From NCBI GenBank assembly GCA_053919585.1, contig CM132792.1: 64,000 nucleotides of DNA; one strand, written 5' to 3'. Shown here in pieces: positions 52,801 to 61,417 of the stretch (positions are counted from its first letter, which is position 1; every line of letters starts with the position of its first letter). The notes beneath the pieces were generated by a model that saw only the letters and a list, made by a program, of their open reading frames with translations, was not told the DNA's origin and did no database searches. This stretch comes from Euprymna scolopes. Taxonomy: Eukaryota. The translations under genes and the position numbers were made by a program.

Positions 52801-55800
52801 TATAACTGCATTTACCAAGAAAAATGTTATTTGAAATGTAAAAATATAAATGTAACAGATCTATGAAAATTCTATTTCAAACATAAGCATGACATAGTGA
52901 CCAAAGACTCGTCTATTATAGTTTAATTATATCTATTTGTCAAGGGTGTGAGTTCATATAGAAATGTTTTAATTTGAATAAAATAAAATACGCATCAAGT
53001 GCGCTTGAAAGCCAAATCACAACGTATTATTAGGAAAATAAAAAGATATTTTACTTGTTTGAAATTTATAACAAATATATTTCAGAGGTAGACTCCATCT
53101 TTAGTGTGTTTTGTTTCTTTTTTCCTTTTCTTCTTCTTTGCCATATTGTAAATTTGGAGAAAGAACAGTGTAAAGAGCTGCACGGCAAAGAGAAGAAAAA
53201 AACCCAAAAAACCCTGAATATGGAGTATATCTCTGAAATATATTTGTTTAAAATTTCAAACAAGTAAAATATTTATTTTCCTACTTTTCTGTTGTGATTT
53301 GGCTTTCAAGCGCACTTGATGCGTATTTTCTTATATCTTGTGTATTTTTTTTTTATATATAATCTTAACATTTAATTAAATAAAAATATATCCCCTCTTC
53401 TCTTTAAAATAAAAATTTAAAAAAAAAAAAAATTGATATGGATTCTGTCATTTATTAAATATTGTATTTAAATTAATTCATTTGAGTTGTCTGCACTTGA
53501 AGTTAATGATTTTCTTCTCTTTTTCAGAGAATGGTACATGCTGACCCTGAATGCCGTCCAAGTGCCTTTGCTTTGACCAAAAGTCAGGTCCTTTGTCCAC
53601 AAGCTACAAAATCCAAAACCCAGTTATGCCGAGAACTGAATGAAGAAAAGCTTCGGAACAGATTACTTGCAAAGTAAGTTTCTTAACTTTTTGCCTTTTC
53701 GTCACGGAATGTTGGTTATAGTCAGCTAACATACTTCCTAACTTCTGGCATAGCGCTACCGGAAGCAGTGACGAGGCAAATTAGTTCCTTCACTTTTTTT
53801 TCTCTCCTACCTATATCTCCTCTGTGCATGTTTTTCGGATTGTTCTTTTCTTTATTTAATAATCATTGAAAAGCTTTTTCAGTTTTATGTTAGGAATCTT
53901 TTATTTTTTTTTTTTTCATTTTTTATTTTAAAACTATTTTGGAAATTTTATGTATTGGATACATTTTTTTAATGATGTTTGAAATTTTATTTTGATTTCA
54001 ATTTCATTTTTATACTTTCATAAACATTTTTTTTTATACAAGTTCAAATACAATACTTTTATTTTTAAAATTAAAAAAAAAAAAACTTTATAATTTACTA
54101 AAATAAAAAAAATAAAATTTCAAATAAAATAAAAACTTATTTTTTTTTCTTGTATTATTAAAAGTGCAAATAAAGACTAATTGTATTATTTTTATCTATA
54201 TAATTTTAATGTTTATTGTATACTTTTCAATAATGTCCTTTGCTTATATTTTATTTCAATAACTCGCTTCGCAATAGAAATATTGAAGAACAATAAAAAA
54301 AAAAGTGAAGGAACTGATTTGATTTGTCTTCGCTTTTGGTAACGCTACATCGGAACTTAGGAAGTACGCTAGCTGACTATAACCGGAATGTTAGCTCAAA
54401 AAATTTAACAATTAAATCCATTCTATTTTTTCACATTATTTGCCATGAAAATTAGATGTAAAATCTAAGACTAAAAATTGAAATCAAAGAATATTTTAAA
54501 AATGTTTTGAAAGTTTTCTAACCAACTTTTTAATGCAGCACTTCAATAATATATAAATAGGTAAAACTTTGAATGAATCACACTTAGAAATCGGGTAGAA
54601 CGTGAAGATTGAAATTGCACTCTCCTTGTTGTTCTCAAAGAGTTACTTGCCCTTGAACTTTTAAAATATTTATTGGTACTTGGGCATTATAATCATATAT
54701 CTAATAAAAACATTTTCAGTGGAAATACTTACGTAATTATGTGTCGTGTTGAAATTTGTAAAATTTCCAAAAATGGGGGAAAATGATAAAGTAGAAAAAT
54801 AATTACAAGAAAATAAAATGCATTGAATAATGCAATTTTAACAATTTGGTTTATTGCAGTCAATTCCATATGACAAACTAAGTTATCTCCTTGGTTTTCA
54901 ATTTTTCTAATTTCAAATTAGAAAATGGTGCAGTATCAATCTTTTTTTTTTTTTTTTTTTGTAAAACAAATAATTCTTGCAGATCATCTAGATCATTGTT
55001 CATAATTTCTTAGAAAACCTTTGAAAATGCAGACTCGTGTAATGTATTTGATTTTAGCTAGCCTTATAAACTTTTTTAAATGATTTATAAAAAAAAAATA
55101 ATAAAGATGAATGATAACAGTATATCAGATATGCTCTGAATATTTTACACTTTAAGATATTTCAAGAAAATTATGTTTAAGATACGTTTGTTTAACTAAA
55201 ATCTTATTTTTATTAAATTATTTTAGTAAAGATTTAATTAAAAAATTACTTTGAAGTTGTATTAATGCCAGATCATGTGTGTTTGTATTTCTTGTAATTT
55301 TGATAAATGTACGTGTTGCAATATTTTTGCCTTATGATATATGATCCCGTACGGTCGGGAGATTCTATTTATAAACGATGCTGCTAGGAACTGACGAATC
55401 AAATTAATTCACGTTCTGCTACCAGCCAATCACAAACCAGAATTACTCCATAAATATTAAACCTTTTTCTATAGCAACCTTGCATGTGTTTTCTTCATGT
55501 CAACATGGGAAGAATCTTTTGTTCTATCTACTGAGAACTGCTCACCTCCTGGACTTGTGTAACCTAACGATCAGAAACTGTGCTGAAACTAAACATGGCT
55601 TACAATTCTAGAGTATGTTTTAATAATTTCGAAATTAAAAGAAGGAAAATTTTTAATAAATCTCTAAAGATCCTGTTTTAAAAAAAATTGTAAATACGAC
55701 GATATTTTGTAATCTTCAGTTGTAAAATAACTTTAAAAGTTTTTAAATGAACCTTTTTTTTTCCCCCACCCCAAGTCATCTAATGTTGACATTTTTCCTG

Positions 55801-55931
55801 ATTACAGACAACTGGAATCGAAGAAATGTTGCTGTAAAAAACCGACGGACAACTGCAAAAGAAACCTTTGCAAGGCTTCACGTTTGATTGGACATGGTAT
55901 CAAACGATCTTTTAGTTTGTCTGATATTTAA
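5796..55931 (+). CDS. wee1: Wee1-like protein kinase (CDK1 Tyr15 kinase), full span of 10 coding exons, 687 aa
   Basis: Exons 5796-6760, 36139-36187, 37913-38082, 41157-41278, 41988-42116, 43401-43505, 46492-46637, 51880-51987, 53528-53673 and 55808-55931 join in one frame (2064 nt) with Wee1 hallmarks: Wee-box, [33 protein letters not shown]-terminal RLIG..RSFS. Confidence 0.95.
6814..7394. mobile_element. Mutator-like fold-back MITE, family copy 1
   Basis: GGGTTGTATTAC...GTAATACAAACCC, near-palindromic over about 580 bp. Confidence 0.85.
7846..8370. mobile_element. Mutator-like fold-back MITE, family copy 2
   Basis: Same termini and internal sequence as 6814-7394, diverged. Confidence 0.85.
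8410..8595. mobile_element. Merlin-like MITE (about 190 bp), 8-bp TSD AAAATATC
   Basis: TIR GGTACT..GCAGAG..ATCCGTGCT / AGCGCGGATCACTCTCTGCATTCGCACC; TSD on both sides. Confidence 0.8.
9343..9538. mobile_element. Merlin-like MITE, 8-bp TSD AAAAAACT
   Basis: GGTACTAGTGCAGAG...CTCTGCACTAGCACC with perfect 8-bp TSD. Confidence 0.85.
10195..10830. mobile_element. TIR element with about 100-bp inverted ends and internal degenerate tandem repeats
   Basis: 10195-10283 is the reverse complement of about 10717-10826; interior repeats AAACAG..CAAAGAATTA. Confidence 0.7.
11088..11314. mobile_element. Merlin-like MITE with rearranged left end
   Basis: Same core sequence; TSD AATTTTGA / AATTTGGA (7 of 8). 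Confidence 0.8.
12686..12868. mobile_element. Merlin-like MITE (degenerate copies also at about 11548-11720 and 12010-12050)
   Basis: GTACTTAGTGCACTTATTGATCCGTGCT...AGCGCGGATCAGTAAGTGCACTAGCACC. Confidence 0.8.
12945..13625 (-). mobile_element. CR1-group LINE 3' fragment (same family as 49235-51660)
   Basis: [22 protein letters not shown]...[14 protein letters not shown] plus a 3' UTR and A-rich tail shared with the 49 kb copy. Confidence 0.9.
13664..16311 (-). mobile_element. Array of four non-autonomous Helitrons (13664-14230, 14231-14973, 14974-16311, with 15210-15786 nested in the third)
   Basis: On the minus strand units start TCTAT (unit 1 start degenerate), carry a (TG/TATG)n tract and end with a CCGGGCAACGCCGGG-type hairpin plus CTAG; A|T insertion sites, no TSD. 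Confidence 0.85.
16390..16568 (+). mobile_element. Helitron 3' fragment (family of 36862-37155; other pieces at about 12500-12667 + and 18816-18945 -)
   Basis: Hairpin CTGTGGGATTTCCACAG followed by CTAG|T. Confidence 0.75.
16622..17179. mobile_element. Mutator-like fold-back MITE, family copy 3, 9-bp TSD
   Basis: GGGTTTGTATTAC termini flanked by perfect AATAACGTA (16613-16621 and 17180-17188); long TIR plus 9-bp TSD is typical of MULEs. Confidence 0.9.
17340..17910 (+). mobile_element. Degraded CR1/L2-group LINE 3' end
   Basis: Frame reading [13 protein letters not shown], then decayed C-terminus and an A-rich tail at about 17895-17908. Confidence 0.5.
17990..18490 (+). mobile_element. Degraded RTE-clade LINE RT fragment
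   Basis: LVNLLKACY...[20 protein letters not shown], then LVFADH and [12 protein letters not shown] after a frameshift. Confidence 0.8.
19187..19310. repeat. Small inverted repeat / MITE relic
   Basis: GATCGAGAGATCCTATTTATTAGAAAGGAGGATA ... TATCCTCCTTTTTAATAAATAGTATCTCCCGATC. Confidence 0.7.
25309..25981 (+). repeat. Local tandem duplication (25309-25593 / 25620-25981)
   Basis: Near-identical copies; the first lacks a block of about 75 bp present in the second. Confidence 0.9.
27022..27575 (+). mobile_element. DINE-1/HINE-like interspersed repeat (related pieces at about 25010-25200 and 43200-43320)
   Basis: GGACCTGTAAATTCACT-(GTCT)n-CACTTTTCTC...AAATTTTGCACA motifs shared among three loci; right boundary approximate. 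Confidence 0.5.
28300..28568 (+). repeat. Degenerate tandem duplication
   Basis: ATGAAAAGTACTTTGATATGAA and TTTTTCAAAATTTGATTAAATAAAATCTAATTC each occur twice. Confidence 0.75.
28687..29000 (+). mobile_element. 5S rRNA-derived SINE (SINE3-like) or 5S pseudogene with body
   Basis: 28687-28812 aligns to 5S (CACCGGTTCTC..GATCACCGAAGTTAAGCAACG..AGTAC..GATG..TGGGAA..GTTGTA); internal 14-bp duplication; no Pol III terminator right after the head. Confidence 0.8.
29992..30361 (+). mobile_element. 5'-truncated RTE-clade LINE 3' end with 12-bp TSD
   Basis: RWFG and [13 protein letters not shown] remnants, CAA-rich tail, TSD ATATCTGACAAA at 29980-29991 and 30362-30373. Confidence 0.8.
30413..30577. 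mobile_element. Degenerate hAT-like MITE (family of 36393 and 63494)
   Basis: TATGACAA..ATATTCTTTTC..TTTTGACTCT.GTATATATC ... AAGAATATGCTCTTGCCCTA. Confidence 0.6.
31998..32418 (+). mobile_element. Solo LTR (421 bp)
   Basis: TGTTG...TAACA termini, perfect 5-bp TSD ATTAG (31993-31997 and 32419-32423), internal AATAAA at 32261. Confidence 0.8.
32615..33020 (-). mobile_element. Old CR1-group RT fragment
   Basis: Similar to 49735-50240 (rc of ATIRPCMEY and INDL regions), heavily decayed. Confidence 0.75.
33682..34435 (+). mobile_element. Non-autonomous Helitron related to 13664-14230
   Basis: A|TCTAT start, CTCGGGCAATGCCGGG hairpin plus CTAG|T end; 33720-33870 is similar to the reverse complement of 14040-14200. 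Confidence 0.85.
34602..34958 (+). mobile_element. Penelope-type (pLTR-like) non-autonomous repeat with inverted ends and a hammerhead-like motif
   Basis: CTACTGTTCTT..TTATTCTCAAC and GTTGTGAATAA..AAGAACAGTAG inverted ends; CTGAAGA...GAAACGTT at 34880-34915. Confidence 0.6.
36139..36187 (+). CDS. wee1: wee1 exon 2 (49 nt)
   Basis: Polypyrimidine+CAG acceptor, AAA|GTAAGT donor; converts phase 2 to phase 0 as needed; encodes [17 protein letters not shown]. Confidence 0.8.
36393..36558. mobile_element. hAT-like MITE, 8-bp TSD
   Basis: TAGGGCTATGA...TCATAGCCCTA; TSD ATTGTTAT / GTTGTTAT. Confidence 0.85.
36862..37155 (+). mobile_element. Complete short non-autonomous Helitron
   Basis: A|TC start; hairpin CTGTGGAATTTCCACAG (37129-37145); CTAG|T end; no TSD. 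Confidence 0.85.
37913..38082 (+). CDS. wee1: wee1 exon 3, kinase subdomains I-II
   Basis: [56 protein letters not shown]; TTTCAG acceptor, GA|GTAAGT donor. Confidence 0.96.
38467..39165. mobile_element. Fold-back TIR element (about 170-bp TIRs); interior related to 9640-9930 and 59510-59580
   Basis: GTACTTGTCACTGCATA...GATACACTGCTAGCGA and TCGCTAGCAGTGTATC...TATGCAGTGACAAGTAC. Confidence 0.85.
39550..39870. mobile_element. Penelope-type hammerhead repeat (-) joined to a 5S-derived segment (+)
   Basis: 39550-39775 is homologous to 48540-48780; 39775-39850 matches the 3' two-thirds of 5S. Confidence 0.65.
41001..41056. repeat. Perfect 26-bp hairpin with GCAA loop
   Basis: ATTGGGTAGCTATTTTTAGCTCTCTG-GCAA-CAGAGAGCTAAAAATAGCTACCCAAT. 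Confidence 0.95.
41157..41278 (+). CDS. wee1: wee1 exon 4
   Basis: [40 protein letters not shown]; canonical splice sites. Confidence 0.96.
41988..42116 (+). CDS. wee1: wee1 exon 5 (catalytic loop)
   Basis: GGSLSEAMK...[17 protein letters not shown]; poly-T AG acceptor, G|GTAGGT donor. Confidence 0.96.
43401..43505 (+). CDS. wee1: wee1 exon 6 (acidic kinase insert)
   Basis: [35 protein letters not shown]; G|GTAAGT donor. Confidence 0.95.
44499..44650. repeat. Imperfect palindrome / MITE relic
   Basis: TAATCACAAAATT...TTTTAGCTT and AAGCTAAAA...AATTTTGTGATTA. Confidence 0.65.
44975..45122. repeat. Imperfect palindrome / MITE relic
   Basis: TGCAG..ATGTTTTATTTT..TTACTGTTTTATCTG..TTTCAGTTACC mirrored on the right. 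Confidence 0.7.
46492..46637 (+). CDS. wee1: wee1 exon 7 (DLG, activation segment)
   Basis: [49 protein letters not shown]; GTGAGT donor. Confidence 0.96.
47630..47765. repeat. Short inverted-repeat element
   Basis: GGATATACAGAAGCGAC ... GTCGCTTGTATATCC, with an internal GTGAATT/AATTCAC pair. Confidence 0.55.
47770..47925 (-). mobile_element. 5S-derived SINE, degenerate and internally deleted
   Basis: rc reads AAGTTAAGCAATGTTGATCCTGGTCAGTATCAGATAGGTGACCATTTGGGAATAC..TGTATGTA; shares CCA.CAAGAGTTG with the 28.9 kb copy. Confidence 0.7.
48530..49226 (-). mobile_element. Two tandem Penelope-type pLTR-like repeats with minimal hammerhead motifs; second copy partly inverted
   Basis: 48540-48683 is similar to 48980-49141; 49145-49226 is the rc of 48677-48760; minus strand reads CAC-CTGACGA-AGGCCA..GTCC-GAAAC-GTC-GTG. 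Confidence 0.7.
49235..51661 (-). mobile_element. CR1-group LINE, 5'-truncated within the APE domain, frameshifted ORF2
   Basis: DFNVHH (APE), [50 protein letters not shown], 3' UTR and A-rich tail. Confidence 0.93.
51880..51987 (+). CDS. wee1: wee1 exon 8
   Basis: [36 protein letters not shown]; phase 0-0. Confidence 0.95.
52986..53329. mobile_element. Fold-back MITE
   Basis: AAAATACGCATCAAGTGCGCTTGAAAGCCAAATCACAAC ... GTTGTGATTTGGCTTTCAAGCGCACTTGATGCGTATTTT. Confidence 0.88.
53528..53673 (+). CDS. wee1: wee1 exon 9 (subdomain XI + coiled coil)
   Basis: [18 protein letters not shown]...[17 protein letters not shown]; AA|GTAAGT donor. Confidence 0.95.
53714..54384. mobile_element. TIR element with perfect 8-bp TSD GGAATGTT, 40 bp after the exon 9 donor
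   Basis: GGTTATAGTCAGCTA..TACTTCCTAA / TTAGGAAGTA..TAGCTGACTATAACC; TSD at 53706-53713 and 54385-54392. Confidence 0.88.
55808..55931 (+). CDS. wee1: wee1 exon 10 (last coding exon, 14-3-3-type RSxS site)
   Basis: [40 protein letters not shown]; resembles the Wee1 C-terminal SRLIG..RSxSL; TAA at 55929-55931. Confidence 0.92.
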
Positions 55932-56422
55932 TGAAGAGGTTCTTAAAAAGGAAAAAAAAAAAAAAATTAAAGCAAGATTTATCCGTGGACTGGTGTTAAT
56001 AAATAGCATTGCACAATCATTGCCTTTCTCATTCAAGGGAAACTTTTTTTTTTTTCTTTTTTATCTTAACTATGTTGTAATCTGTGAATATTTAATAGAA
56101 TTTTTAATATGTAAATTAAATTTAGTGTTTTAACATTTTTTACTCTTAGCTAATTTTAATTTATTCTCTAAAATTTAAATTGTGTAGAGTACAGTGAAAC
56201 TTTTTTCTCTATTCTATGAAAACAATTTTTTTAAATTTAAATTATAAAATTCATATTTTTAATCAATTTATTTTCTATTTCAACCAGTCATTAAAAAGTA
56301 AATTAAAATTTCCATTTACCAGATTGTTTCTTTTCTAGATAATTGAAAAGAACAAAATAAAACACTTTTTTTTTTTAAGTTGATATTTCATTAAATAGGT
56401 TCTTAAACTCAAGTGGAAAACA

Positions 56423-56953
56423 CAGGATGTCCCAAAATGATCTGACATTTGTTGGTCAAAAAAAAATTAAATTACAATTAAATAAAATATTTTTCTTTTA
56501 AATGTACGTAGAATTCATTGTATTTCAGTCTGAAATGTTAAATCGGCCAAATGTTTCCCATCATTGCTATCACACAATTTTAGACATACACGGAAGTTTT
56601 CAATAACTCGATGCATCATTTTGGGTGGAGTAACAGCAATTTCAGAATAAATATCTCATTTTAATTTTTCAAGAGATCGAGGCTGTTAGCTGAATACTTT
56701 GATTTCAAATATCCCCACAAGGAAAAATCGCAGGAGTTTAGATCAAACGATCTTGTAGGCCAACTAATATCATCACGCAAAGAAATCAACATTTCTTTAA
56801 AAAAAAATGCATGAATATAAATGAATTTTGACTGAATTAAAATAAAATGGCATTCTACATATATTTAAAAAAAAAAAAAAAAAAGTATAAATACTATTTT
56901 ATTAAATTTTTCTTTTTATCTACAAATGTGTCGGATCATTTTGGGGTTCCCTA
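56423..56953 (-). mobile_element. Tc1/mariner deletion derivative
   Basis: TIRs CAGGATGTCCCAAAATGATCTGACA / TGTCGGATCATTTTGGGGTTCCCTA; minus-strand WPTRSFDLNSCDFSLWGYLKSK resembles the WPxxSPDLNPxD motif. Confidence 0.82.
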
Positions 56954-57171
56954 TATTAAGATGTAGTCCTTAGGTTTTTATCATTTAATTAAAAAGGTGA
57001 TTTTTTTAAAATCAAAATTTTAATTTGGCCTAAGTCTTAGTTTTTAGCTTTTAAACGATGAGATTGGTATTTTTATTTTGGATTTAAAAATGAAATATTA
57101 AACATTTCTATTTAAAAAAAAAAAAAAAGAAAAAAAAAAAAAGGCGGGGGCTTTCAATCTTTCTTGCAAGT

Positions 57172-57500
57172 CCCCCTCTCTACGTACGTGTTTGTGTATC
57201 TCCCCCCCCCTCTCTACGTACGTGTTTGTGTATCTCTCCCCCCTCTCTACGTATGTGTTTGTGTATCTCTCCCCCCTCTCTACGTACGTGTTTGTGTATC
57301 TCTCCCCCCTCTCTACGTACGTGTTTGTGTATCTCTCCCCCCTCTCTACGTACGTGTTTGTATCTCTCCCCCCTCTCTACGTACGTGTTTGTGTATCTCT
57401 CCCCCCTCTCTACGTACGTGTTTGTGTATCTCTCCCCCCTCTCTACGTACGTGTTTGTGTATCTCTCCCCCTCTCTACGGACTTCTTTGTGTATGTCTCT
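57172..57500 (+). repeat. 33-bp minisatellite, about 9-10 copies
   Basis: Unit approximately CTCTCTACGTACGTGTTTGTGTATCTCTCCCCC; explains the repetitive ORFs at 57164-57594. Confidence 0.95.
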
Positions 57501-57791
57501 TCCCTTTTCTATGTACCTAATAAAATTACCTTTCAATTTAAAAAGAAACTTACAAACGTACTCCCTTAATTTTCCTCTCTTTGCTTATTTATAGTCCCTG
57601 CTTTCTTAGTTTGATCTTTGCAATTTGTATTCCAATTTAAGGCCTCTCTCTAAATGCTTCATTTAATAGTTTTAAATATATAGTGAAATATTTGTAGATT
57701 ATTTTCTGATAAAAAGCTGTCCTTTTTATACATACTTGAGACCAAATCTCCCTATGTACAGAAATCCATTTTTTTCTTCAATCCAGAAGAC

Positions 57792-57811
57792 TGTATATAT
57801 TGTACAATAAA
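57792..57811 (+). terminator. Candidate wee1 polyadenylation signal with upstream UGUA/Pumilio-type element
   Basis: TGTATATA-T-TGTACAATAAA; AATAAA at 57806-57811 with T-rich sequence downstream; earlier AATAAA hexamers also exist. Confidence 0.4.
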
Positions 57812-58675
57812 TCTGTCATTAAAATAATCTGCTTTTGTCAAAAAGAACAAAAATTAGTCTGAATCAAAATTGCTGAACATTTTTCAAACTGTAAATAATC
57901 TTTTTGTTACGGAAGCTGATGTTGTTAACCATTTTCTTTTTTTTTTTTTTTTTTTCAATTTTCATGACTGATTAAAAATGAAATCTGAAAACTTTTTGTG
58001 TTTGTTTTTTCTTTTACAAATTTATTTTTAATACACACATTTGTATTTTTAATTTTTTTTCTATTATTAAAACTTGCCTCAAAGTCATTTTAATAGACAA
58101 TGAACTATTTTCATTACTCAAATATTTAATTAAAAAAATAAAACAATTTAAGAATTAAAAGAAATTTCTTTTAGTTCTTCATTATTTTATTTTTAATTTC
58201 GATAAATATTTGGTTTAGTTTTAATATACAACCATATTAACAAACTCTCAATTTCTTTATTTCTATATCTGGTTTCTTTTAAATATTTTACCAATGATAG
58301 TTTTTTTATTTTTATTTTTTTTTTAAAAATCTGTAATTTCACACGATTTCCGAAATTATTTCTTATTTTTTTAAATCAAGGTTTGTGAAAAAATAACTGT
58401 GGAAGATTCTCTTAAAACTTATGAATAAACAGGCAATTAATAATTTAAATGTTTTATTTTTTTTTTTTTTTAAATCGAAAAACCAAGTACCCCGACTAAA
58501 TTAGTGCTATTTTTAAATCTCTGTCCGGTTGAAAAATACAGGTCTCTGTCTTTTGAGAACTAACTTCGGAAAACTATTTGAAAAACTTTGACCCCGTTAA
58601 AAAATCCTGCATCCAGAAAATAATTTGTTTTGCCTAAATCTAGAAAACCCCCAACTTAGCTAACTATATATTGAA

Positions 58676-61118
58676 CTAGCAGAGAGACCCGATGTTGCCC
58701 GGGATTGAATGATGATCAACAAATATTTCACATTCCTATATATTTATTATCATCAAAATCTGTGAAATCGCCCGGGAGGAAGCGGCACATGCCTTCATGC
58801 AGTAAAATATGTTATGCTACATTGCACTCTAAAGAACCTACTGTTTCTTTTATAACATTACTAGCATGGGTACCCAGCATTGCCTGGGTTGACATGAAGT
58901 TCCGTTTGAAATAGACCTGTATACTTATCATTTTCATCATGGGTAATGTGGATACCCCCACAACAAAACTAAAAGAACGGATCAAAATATGTAAATGTAA
59001 TCGCCCCCAAAAAGAAGTGTGATACCCTCTCCACCAGATATTTCGGCAGAAGGGCTACAAAGAGAAGAAACTATTCTCCGGATATTGAGCACTGGGAAGA
59101 CCCCCCCCCCCCAAGTAATTAAAAATAAATCATTGCAACTTTTATTTCAATAAAAATAGCAGCGAATGCCCGTGTGATTGCAAAAAATAACGAACAAAAA
59201 AAAAAAAAAATATTCCAAAAACAATTAAATGAAATTTTTCGTCATTTTATATTTCTAATGTAATCCCACCCCTCCCAATTGTATTTGTCATATTTTGGGG
59301 TTCGTTCAGTTTTATAAAATTGTTAGGTGAAAGTACAGAATGTTCTTATATAAAATAATAAAATTTATCGTTATTTTATGTTTTAAATGTAATTCCCACT
59401 CCTCCCCACCAAAAAACCCCCCCGAAATTGTATGTCATATTTTGCCCCCCCCCCCTCTCGCCAAACTTGGAAAATGCTAGAGATGACATGTCTCGTTGAA
59501 CGCTTTGTGGCCCAAAAGTGGGTGCTCATTTTGCATTAAATTTATATAGAAAAGTGATTCCCCACGCTAAAATGTTAATTTTTTTTTTTTTTTTTTTTTT
59601 TCCAAATTTTTTCTTTCATATTATTTATAAAGACTGTTTAAACGTATTAGGTCCCCCCAAAATAGGTCTTAATTTTTTTTTATAGGGGTTAAACGACGTT
59701 GGGTTGCGTCGTAAAAATTAACCATTTTTAATTTAAGATATTAAATAAATTATAAAGAAAATCTGTTTTGCAGGCAATTAAACACACTTGCTATGGTATA
59801 ATTATTATAATAAAATCCTGAGCAACACCGATTACATTTTATAAACAAACAAAGGAGCAGATAATGTATGGGATGATGGATTTTGCTCGCATGGAAAATT
59901 GGCCCTGTGGTTTGACTAACTCTGCCCTCGTGGGGATGCAAGTAAATGAGCACATTAGTTTTAATTATTTTTCTTGAACAAATAAAAAGGTTACTTAAAA
60001 ATTAAGAATAAGCAAAAAAAAAAAAAAAAAAATTCCTCCGAATTAAAAATAAAAATAATGATTCAGCTTAGAAGAATATTTCGAAATGAAAACAAATCTA
60101 TTACAGAAAATATTTAATAACGTGCTCCGTTTAAAACAATTTTTCAATTAAATTATCACAGTTATCTCTCCTTTGGTTTTCTGGTTTGAAAATTAAATGG
60201 TTTCAGATTTCAGATAAAATAAGTTAAATCAAATATAAATTGAAATTTAAATGAACTAAATAATTAAGGTTTTTTTAATTAGTACAGTTGAAACGAAGCT
60301 ATTATGTCGAATAAGTAATAGCATCGAGCTAATTATTTAAATAGGTTTAATTTAATGTAATATGCTAATGACCCTAACTCAATGCATGTAGATGTGGTTT
60401 GAAGAATGATATATATAGAAATTACGTATAAAATATAATGTCTCCTTTGACAAAAGTATCTTATCATGGGCATTAATATTTCTTGACCAGGAGAGTTGTA
60501 CACACATATGGCCTTTATATTTCTTTGATCATTGGGAGTTGTACACAGACAAGCACACACACACGAACGCTAGTACTTTATATATATATATAGATTTTAT
60601 ATAAACTTTCCAGTTAACAAGAAAAAAAAAAATTCAGAAATTTACGTGCCGGGTTTGAACCTTCAGACCACGTCACGCAAAAAAAAAAAAAAAAAAAAAA
60701 AAACGTAAATTTTGAAGTCTTATAAAATTCTTTGCAGTTAATGAAAAAAGATTAAGAAATTTACGTGCAGAATTTGAACATACAGACCACGTCATGCAGA
60801 ACCCTAACCTCTCAAATCACAAAAAACAAACGAACAGAAAAACACGCTATCAACTTACCAACAGAAGAATTTTCACGGCCCGTTGTTCTATCATTGTTGC
60901 TAAGCGACAGCATGGAAAAAATGGCTTTACTGATGATAAATTAAAATAATGGTTTCGATTATCGGGGGTATTCTGAGACACAACTTAACTAAGATCACTT
61001 CCAGATTTATACATCTGTAAATTTTAAAGAAAATCTGTTCAGCCGTTTCGGAGTTTATAGAGAACAAACACACACACACACACACAAAGTTTCATTTATA
61101 TAATTGTAAAGATAGAGA
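58676..61118 (-). mobile_element. Non-autonomous Helitron with a second Helitron (58861-60594) nested inside
   Basis: CTAG plus hairpin ends at 58676 and 58861; (CA)n tracts with AT-rich ..AGA ends at 60594 and about 61118; inner element sits at A|T. Confidence 0.7.
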
Positions 61119-61417
61119 TTATTTTATGCAAATAATTTTTTAAAGAAAATGATCTCTGATGGTTCGTTAATTAATAATTGCCTTTTGATTTGGAAATGAC
61201 TCAGTTGTTTCCAAACCTGTCATGATACCCAACACTCAGGCTCCAGGTGGGAGAAGCAGCATATCAATTAACATCGAAGCATATACAAAGGAAAAATTCA
61301 ACAACAACGCCTGACATCAAACGGCTAGCTGAGGGAATCGTCTGGTAGGGCCACAGACCAGCTAGCGTCTTAAAAGGGTTGACACATGAGTTGTTGTGTG
61401 TTTTGTGTACTCATGGC

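Noticed and set aside
57172-57500. CRISPR-like periodicity (also considered for 62520-62672)
   Set aside because: No unique spacers, eukaryotic context, no cas genes
57164-57594. Four overlapping 118-125 aa ORFs
   Set aside because: Artefacts of a stop-free 33-bp minisatellite
61322-61368. GCTAGCTG...CAGCTAGC hairpin as a structured RNA
   Set aside because: Only an 8-bp stem and no recognisable ribozyme or ncRNA core
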